Of a stretch of 41,770 nucleotides of DNA, positions 34,168 to 40,172 are shown piece by piece. The stretch spans positions 1 through 41,770 of the forward strand of contig JASEFB010000001.1 of NCBI GenBank assembly GCA_030019325.1, written 5' to 3'. Source of the stretch: an archaeon (GTDB lineage Archaea; Halobacteriota; Syntropharchaeia; Alkanophagales; Methanospirareceae). How positions within the stretch are numbered: position 1 is the stretch's first letter; every line of letters begins with the position of its first letter. The notes below the pieces were generated by a model, which saw only the letters and a list, made by a program, of their open reading frames with translations, was not told the DNA's origin and searched no databases. The position numbers were made by a program, and so were the translations under genes.

Positions 34168-36058
34168 CCCGAATCAGCTTTTTCGCCAAGATAAGGTTTT
34201 TATTCTCATCAGTTTGGGTTGGTATTAACGATTCTTGGACTTGAATGTTAATATCCCAGATTCCTGCAATTGCAGTAACTACCAACATTGAAGTTATGTC
34301 ATTACTGGGTATGAGGCACATCCTTTCGTAATCTATATTACGATTTTCTCGATAACTCTCAAGTAAGGCGACCGTACGATGAAAAGCAATTGCAGGACTT
34401 TCAGCCGGTAAGTATAACATCTTCTCTGTTCTTACGTGAAATCCATCTATATACTCGGCATGCATTGATAATAGTGAATCTAGACTATCGTTACACGAGA
34501 GAGGAAAAATCAAAGCTGGAATAATAATTGTATCCTCAGGTAAATCTGTAGACGGCGAGGAAAGTTTTGGTCCATATACGGAGAGAAAGGGTACAATGAG
34601 TTCTGATGCTGAACCGATATCGTTTTGGTTTGTAATTCTCATTTTGTTTTTGGTTTGTTTGAATTCATTATTGGAATATGCTGATTCATGAACTATACGG
34701 AACTCTAATGCCATGCTTTTCTCAATCTTCCCTTTTGGGACTTTTTCAGCGGCGTCATTAATACTTTTCTCTGAAAAAAGTTCTAAAATTAGCCAATTGG
34801 GTTCAATTAGCTTCTGCAAATCTTTGTATATTTGAGATTCGGGGTCTATTGAAGCTGCCAAGTCAAAGTTAATAGATGAAATATCCCCGAGTTCGACAAG
34901 TGTAAATCGAGAGAGGGCTGAAAGCGAAACTTGTCGTTGACAATTCTCTTTAAACATGCCTTTTTGTTCTTCTAGATCTATATCATCATAGAGCATCTTC
35001 GTGTGTCGATGATGAGCAACCCGAGGAAAGAGCGGGTACCAACCGTTGTCAGAATGCCATAGAAAGTAAAGGCTATTATTTGGGCAATTCGCCCCGATAA
35101 TCAATGAAAGCCCTCCAGCGCCAAGTCCAAAAAGGCATCCCCTACCTTTTCGAGTGTGATTATCCTCTTGGAAACGGTCGTAATACTTCACTAATAATTT
35201 AACTGCAGATTCATCAACCGACTTTTCTCCATCTACCGTGTGAATAAGCCATTCAGATGGTGGAACAATTAAAAGTGGTAAAATATTGACTTCTGCAATT
35301 CCCGTAACATCACCAGTGATCTGGTCTAAGCGCTCTTGGAGTACAGATTCCACATGAGAAGAAGCTATTAGAGGAACATAGTAAACATCTGCGTTTGCAG
35401 CGACTGGTCGCCATCTACTGAAGAAGGACCGCAACTTACCTTTTGACTCGCGCTCCTTACCTTTAAATTCAAATCGAAGGGCGCTAGTGCCACTACCACA
35501 AAACTGGTCGAGAAGAAAAAAACGCTTTAGAGAGCCGATTTTGGTTTCAATTTCTCTAATATCTGCTTCTCCCATTTTGTAATATTCAACAAAATTCTCT
35601 TTTTCCAGTTGAGGAAAACGTCGTCGTGCTTTGCGTCTGAAATAATCAAAGCCTATATCATCAGAGAGAGCAACAAATATGTTTCTTTTTATCTCTCGGA
35701 TAAAAACTTCTTCCAGAGACCCACTGTTTTTTGATGTATAGGACTGTATTACCGATTGCCATGAAAGTGTTGAAGCAAGGTCAAGCGCAAATTCTACTAA
35801 AGCGCGGAGTTCATTCCTTGATATGTATCTGATACAATTTACAAGATTTAGCGCTAGGCTGCGGTCTTCAGGGCTAAAGTTTGAAAGCCATTTAAGAAGA
35901 CGCCTTTCAAAGGTATCGCCGGGAAGGTACATCTCGTATCTGTCAAATCTTCTTTCGGCATTAAAAATTAAGCCCTTCAACGACATACAGGATATCATCT
36001 CTCTTGGTATGCCAATTTCTTCGAGTTTTCTCGCTAAAGCTTCCTCTTTGACCATCAT
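34148..36058 (-). CDS. 636-aa protein with a phosphoribosyltransferase-like PRPP-loop motif; otherwise unassigned
   Basis: Residues 180-193, FFLLDQFCGSGTSA (35480-35521), resemble the PRPP-binding loop of type I PRTases. The C-terminal ~260 aa have no recognisable motif. It overlaps the downstream kinase gene by 20 nt. Confidence 0.6.
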   Translation of the reverse strand: MMVKEEALARKLEEIGIPREMISCMSLKGLIFNAERRFDRYEMYLPGDTFERRLLKWLSNFSPEDRSLALNLVNCIRYISRNELRALVEFALDLASTLSWQSVIQSYTSKNSGSLEEVFIREIKRNIFVALSDDIGFDYFRRKARRRFPQLEKENFVEYYKMGEADIREIETKIGSLKRFFLLDQFCGSGTSALRFEFKGKERESKGKLRSFFSRWRPVAANADVYYVPLIASSHVESVLQERLDQITGDVTGIAEVNILPLLIVPPSEWLIHTVDGEKSVDESAVKLLVKYYDRFQEDNHTRKGRGCLFGLGAGGLSLIIGANCPNNSLYFLWHSDNGWYPLFPRVAHHRHTKMLYDDIDLEEQKGMFKENCQRQVSLSALSRFTLVELGDISSINFDLAASIDPESQIYKDLQKLIEPNWLILELFSEKSINDAAEKVPKGKIEKSMALEFRIVHESAYSNNEFKQTKNKMRITNQNDIGSASELIVPFLSVYGPKLSSPSTDLPEDTIIIPALIFPLSCNDSLDSLLSMHAEYIDGFHVRTEKMLYLPAESPAIAFHRTVALLESYRENRNIDYERMCLIPSNDITSMLVVTAIAGIWDINIQVQESLIPTQTDENKNLILAKKLIRGDENEA

Positions 36059-36129
36059 TGATACGTTCTATCCCTTATCTGAAAGCAGGTTTCGCCTATT
36101 TATCATTTACTTCTTATTCGTTATTACAT

Positions 36130-36768
36130 TTAATAACCCAAGGTGGTGATGTTCTTATCCAAAATCATGAAGAGTTCAGTGAGCTGTTCTATATGCACAT
36201 CACCCGCTGATTTCGATCCCATACCGATTACAAAACAACCTACGGCTTTGCCAGCCTGATAATCAGCTTTTGTATCTCCCACGAGTATCACGTGCTCCGG
36301 CTTCACGTTGAGCCGTTCACACGCCTTTATCACAATTTCAGGATCAGGCTTTCCTCTTTTCACCTCATCCCCGGTAACAATCACGTCAAAATGGTTAGAG
36401 AGATAGAAGTGCTCTAATATCTTATTGACGTTCTCACGCGGCGTATTCGTGACTAACCCTACTTTAAGTTTATATTTCTTTTTCGTGCGGCGTAGAACTT
36501 CTCCGGCACCTGGAAACAGCTCGATAAGTGCTATCAACTTCCGTTGTTCCTGCACGCAATACTCCGCGGCGTCTTCACCGAGCTGTAACGCATCGAGGTT
36601 ATGCCTCAGGTCAGGCCCCCAGCAGTTCGCTTTAAACACATCTCTACTCAGTTCTTTCTTCCCATAAGCTCTTAGCATCCTATTAAACGCTTGATACCAG
36701 CTCTCTAATGAGTTTATCAGGACACCATCAAGGTCAAATAAGATCGCTGCTATTTTTATCTCGTTCAT
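36130..36768 (-). CDS. HAD-IA family phosphatase
   Basis: AILFDLDGVLINS (motif I DxD), LVTNTPR (motif II) and K...VGDTKADYQAGKAVG (motifs III/IV). Confidence 0.85.
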   Translation of the reverse strand: MNEIKIAAILFDLDGVLINSLESWYQAFNRMLRAYGKKELSRDVFKANCWGPDLRHNLDALQLGEDAAEYCVQEQRKLIALIELFPGAGEVLRRTKKKYKLKVGLVTNTPRENVNKILEHFYLSNHFDVIVTGDEVKRGKPDPEIVIKACERLNVKPEHVILVGDTKADYQAGKAVGCFVIGMGSKSAGDVHIEQLTELFMILDKNITTLGY

Positions 36769-37252
36769 TGTACGTTGCGTGTAGGTATTTGGTAATAGCT
36801 TACTTAAATTTTTTCGTGTTCTGAAACTATTTCAAGAACTCCTTTTTCAGGATCACCAAAAGCGCTACTTTCGGTAATAGGTGGTATATGCTTCGCTTTC
36901 GGTTACGCCCACATTGTCCACGGTAACTTTATATAAACCACAAAATTATATGAAATTGCGGCATGCATTATACATTAAAGTAATGCTAAAAATGGCATTC
37001 AATAAAAAATCTTTTCAGGTTGTAGAAAGTGTAAACAAGCCCAGAATTAAAGATAGATTACTGGACGATAGACTGGGATTATAAGGGCGATATATTCCAC
37101 AACCAGTGGCAGAGTTTCAGGGTGAAAAAGAATCCGATGGTAGATTATGATGCAATGTATAGGTATGCGGAAGCTGGGGAGTACCAGGTAATGGTTAAGG
37201 TTATTGATGTTTTTTGAAACGATACCAATAAGGTTTTGAAGCTGAGGGTAAA

Positions 37253-37585
37253 ATGAAGAGGAAAATTCCAGAAGAAATAAAACCGATTTTGGAAGAGGTG
37301 AAAAAGAAGCTCAAAGAAATCTATGGAGAGAAACTGAGAGGAGTTATTTTATATGGTTCGTATTCCCGAGGGGATTTTAGCGAGGGTTCTGATATAGATC
37401 TCATAATACTGTTAGAAGATATGAAAGACCCCATTACCGAGCGTGAAAAATATTTTAATGAGATATGGGAATTAGACCTAAAATATGATACGGTAATCTC
37501 CATAATTCCATTCAAAGAAGAAGAGTACAAAACAAGAAGACTACCGGTTATTCTTAATGCAAAAAGAGAGGGAATTCCCATATGA
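37253..37585 (+). CDS. Nucleotidyltransferase-domain antitoxin
   Basis: GVILYGSYSRGDFSEGSDIDLIILL NTase motif. ATGA overlap with the HEPN gene. Confidence 0.8.
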   Translation: MKRKIPEEIKPILEEVKKKLKEIYGEKLRGVILYGSYSRGDFSEGSDIDLIILLEDMKDPITEREKYFNEIWELDLKYDTVISIIPFKEEEYKTRRLPVILNAKREGIPI

Positions 37586-37917
37586 GAGACGAAGAATATT
37601 CACACCTCATCAAAAAGGCAAAAGAAAGTCTTGAGGCTGCAAAGCATTTATTTAAAAATGGATATACGGATTTTTCTGCCAGTCGTTCTTATTATACCAT
37701 GTTTTATACTGCAGAGGCCCTGTTGCTAACCAAAAACCTATCCTTTTCTAAACATAAAGCAGTCATATCGGCTCTTGGCAAGGAATTTGTCAAAACCGGG
37801 TTGATTCCTCCAAGTCTGCATCGTTACATTTCAGATGCCTTTGACATAAGACAGGCTGGGGACTACGGTCCTATAGGTTCGGTGAGTGATGAAAAAGCCG
37901 CGATGCTTGCTCATTGA
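37582..37917 (+). CDS. HEPN-domain protein, apparently frameshifted near its 3' end
   Basis: ASRSYYTMFYTAEALLLTKNLSFSKHKAVISALGKEFV and RQAGDYG are HEPN (PF05168)-like. After the stop at 37915-37917, the +1 frame continues IEHAGEFIKIAEEYLRKEGYVL (to 37981), the expected family C-terminus. Confidence 0.7.
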   Translation: MRDEEYSHLIKKAKESLEAAKHLFKNGYTDFSASRSYYTMFYTAEALLLTKNLSFSKHKAVISALGKEFVKTGLIPPSLHRYISDAFDIRQAGDYGPIGSVSDEKAAMLAH

Positions 37918-38031
37918 GCACGCAGGAGAATTCATAAAAATAGCCGAGGAATATCTGAGGAAAGAGGGATATGTGTTATGAAACCCACTGAACTTCTACA
38001 GCCCGACCAAAGACAAAACAAAGAACGGCCG

Positions 38032-38169
38032 CTAAAAACGCTTCAAGAAATCTTCAACAACCTTAATATCTTCTTCGTTAAGCCCGTACAGCTTATAATC
38101 AAGTAAGAGTCCCTCAATTTCTCTTATACTCCTCATTTTTTGTTTTTTAAGGTCTTCTACCTCTCTCAT
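38032..38169 (-). pseudogene. Possible 3'-terminal remnant of a restriction-modification methylase gene
   Basis: The 45-aa ORF contains ..LLLDYKLYGLNEEDIKVVEDFLKRF. The YxLYGLTEEEIxxVE-type tail is characteristic of type IIG/Eco57I-like enzymes. Confidence 0.3.
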
Positions 38170-38344
38170 ATTATTACACTTTCTTCCCCTTCTCTATGAC
38201 TTCTCTTGCACCTTATAACCGCAAAGTTTGCCATCTCATCTTTAACAAACTCATCGCAAGTCATCCCTTCTACAAACCTCTCCGCACGTTCCGTTCCATG
38301 TTTTCAAGTATGTCCTTGACATAGATCGAGATGTCCCGCTTCAT
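38170..38344 (-). pseudogene. hepT: Decayed DUF86/HEPN (HepT) gene
   Basis: It starts MKRDISIYVKDILENME with an ATGA overlap to mntA, then hits a stop after 24 codons. Another frame continues ..AERFVEGMTCDEFVKDEMANFAVIRC.. and then the homology is lost. Confidence 0.6.
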
Positions 38345-38634
38345 GGATAAACCACCTCCTTGAGAATTCTTTCCTTCAGTTCTGGTCTGATATCTCCCTT
38401 GGGCACAAGGTCAACTTTTATACCCAAAAGATCAGATAGATAGTTTTCCAATTTAACAAGACCGAGAAGGCTTACAGCCCCCTCAAACTCGACTAGAATA
38501 TCTATATCGCTTACCTCTTTCTCCTCACTTCTTACATAATAACCGAAAACTCCTATCTCTTTTACCTTAAAACGCTCCCTTAATTCATCCCTGTGCATTG
38601 CCAGTATTCCCTTTATCTCCCCAATTCTCTTCAT
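38341..38634 (-). CDS. mntA: MNT-type nucleotidyltransferase antitoxin (MntA)
   Basis: GVFGYYVRSEEKEVSDIDILVEF NTase motif. The architecture matches 16753-17076. Confidence 0.8.
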   Translation of the reverse strand: MKRIGEIKGILAMHRDELRERFKVKEIGVFGYYVRSEEKEVSDIDILVEFEGAVSLLGLVKLENYLSDLLGIKVDLVPKGDIRPELKERILKEVVYP

Positions 38635-38822
38635 ATTTTCTCTCTCCCGGTGTTATGCCTCAGGTCTGGCCTCCAGCAGTTCGCCTTAAACGTTTCTCTG
38701 CTCAGTTCTTTCTTCCCGTAAGCCCTTAACATTGCATTAAACGCTTGATACCAGCTTTCTAATGAGTTTATCAGAACACCATCAAGGTCAAATAAGATTG
38801 CTGCTATTTTTCTGGTGGTCAT
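38631..38822 (-). pseudogene. 5' stub (~57 codons) of a HAD phosphatase gene, duplicate of the start of 36130-36768
   Basis: MTTRKIAAILFDLDGVLINSLESWYQAFNAMLRAYGKKELSRETFKANCWRPDLRHN matches the HAD N-terminus. DNA homology spans 38652 to about 38860 versus 36599 to about 36810, including ~40 nt upstream of the ATG. Its stop overlaps the mntA ATG. Confidence 0.8.
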
Positions 38823-38910
38823 CGTATGTAGATAGGTAGTAATAGCTTAACATCATTTTAAAATATTTGCGGCGTTTATACTTTAAAGGGGGTGATAAAG
38901 CTGACAACTA

Positions 38911-40117
38911 TAGTCATTCCGAGAAATTTATGCGATAATTGCTAGCACACGGGCTCCGAATGTTCCATCTCAGGCACTATGCACAGGATAGTGATTGCAT
39001 TGCTTTAAATAGGCGGTATTTCCTATCGATGCTCATGATGAGGAGCGAATATTATGAAATCCTCTCAAAGGAAAGGGAGGAGATAAGAAAGAGGCTTAAG
39101 AAGGAGAAAGACACAAAAGTGAAGCTAAAATTGGCTTTACTCAATATGGTGGCTTCAGGGATGAGCGTGAAAGAGGCAGCGTCCTTTCTGGGGATAAAAT
39201 TGAGAAGTGCCTACAAGTGGGTAAATAACTGGATGGAGGAGGGTTACGAAGGGATGTTAGCAAAGAAAAGGGGTGGAAGACCGCCTAAGTTGAGCAAAGA
39301 ACAGAAAGAAGAACTGAGAAGGTTGCTAAAACAAAAAGAATACTGGACAACAGAGGAGATAAATGAGCTTATAAATGAGAAATTCGGGGTCGAATACAAG
39401 AAAAGCAGGTTATATGAACTGCTTAGGGAGTTAGGGCTGAAGTTATCGAAGCCCTACATTTTAGACGTGAAAAGACCAGAGAATGCGGAGGAAATACTGG
39501 CTGAAAGGCTGGAAAAAGTTTTAAAAGTATTGAAAGATGCTGAATACAATCTGAAAGACATCTTTATCGGGTTCTTTGATGCCTCCTCCCCCCAGTTATC
39601 ACCAAATACTACAAGGCTGTGGTCATTCAAGAAAATAAAAATACGGAGAATAACGTCGAGACAGAGGGAAAGGGCTAATACTTTCGGATTTTATACCCTC
39701 AACGGAAACAGCGTGGTCAATTTCCAGGAAAGAAGCAAGAAAGAGAATGTAATAGAAGTTTTGAGGGCAATAAGGGAAGAAAATGGAGATAAGCCCATTG
39801 TGATAATCATTGATAATTTCTCCAGTCATAAGGCTGGAGATGTGCAGAGAGAGGCTGAAAAACTTGGAATACATCTCGTTTTCCTTCCTCCCTACTCTCC
39901 AGACTTAAATCCCATAGAATTCGTGTGGAAGAGTTTGAAGAGACTCATATCCGAGGTCTTTATAGGATCTGTTGAAGACCTGAAGAGCTTTATAAAGGAG
40001 AAAATCACGGATCTATTCAGAAATAGGGGCTATGCTAAAGGCTGGTTTGAGAAGTTTTCTTCCATTTTCCAAAAAATTTTCGGACACTACTTTTGCAATT
40101 TATTAGCGGAATGACTA
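38911..40117 (+). mobile_element. IS630/Tc1-mariner family insertion sequence (1207 bp)
   Basis: Terminal inverted repeats TAGTCATTCCG (38911-38921) and CGGAATGACTA (40107-40117) are each flanked by TA (38909-38910 and 40118-40119), the TA target duplication typical of IS630. It carries one DDE transposase ORF. Confidence 0.85.
39029..40114 (+). CDS. IS630-family DDE transposase
   Basis: N-terminal HTH (MSVKEAASFLGIKLRSAYKWVNNW). DDE_3 blocks are FFDASS, IIIDNFSSHKA and LVFLPPYSPDLNPIEFVWKSLKR. The ATG at 39029 is preferred over the TTG at 38939. Confidence 0.85.
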   Translation: MLMMRSEYYEILSKEREEIRKRLKKEKDTKVKLKLALLNMVASGMSVKEAASFLGIKLRSAYKWVNNWMEEGYEGMLAKKRGGRPPKLSKEQKEELRRLLKQKEYWTTEEINELINEKFGVEYKKSRLYELLRELGLKLSKPYILDVKRPENAEEILAERLEKVLKVLKDAEYNLKDIFIGFFDASSPQLSPNTTRLWSFKKIKIRRITSRQRERANTFGFYTLNGNSVVNFQERSKKENVIEVLRAIREENGDKPIVIIIDNFSSHKAGDVQREAEKLGIHLVFLPPYSPDLNPIEFVWKSLKRLISEVFIGSVEDLKSFIKEKITDLFRNRGYAKGWFEKFSSIFQKIFGHYFCNLLAE

Positions 40118-40172
40118 TAATTTTAAAAAATCCTCTTGAATTCTTAATGATCACACTTGATATGAATTTAAT

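Noticed and set aside
36881-37216. 67-aa ORF, plus a downstream PKD-like peptide (..WDYKGDIFHNQ...YRYAEAGEYQVMVKVIDVF)
   Set aside because: The ORF has no motifs and lies in a decayed spacer. The PKD-like tail may be a gene remnant, but the match is too short to call by eye.
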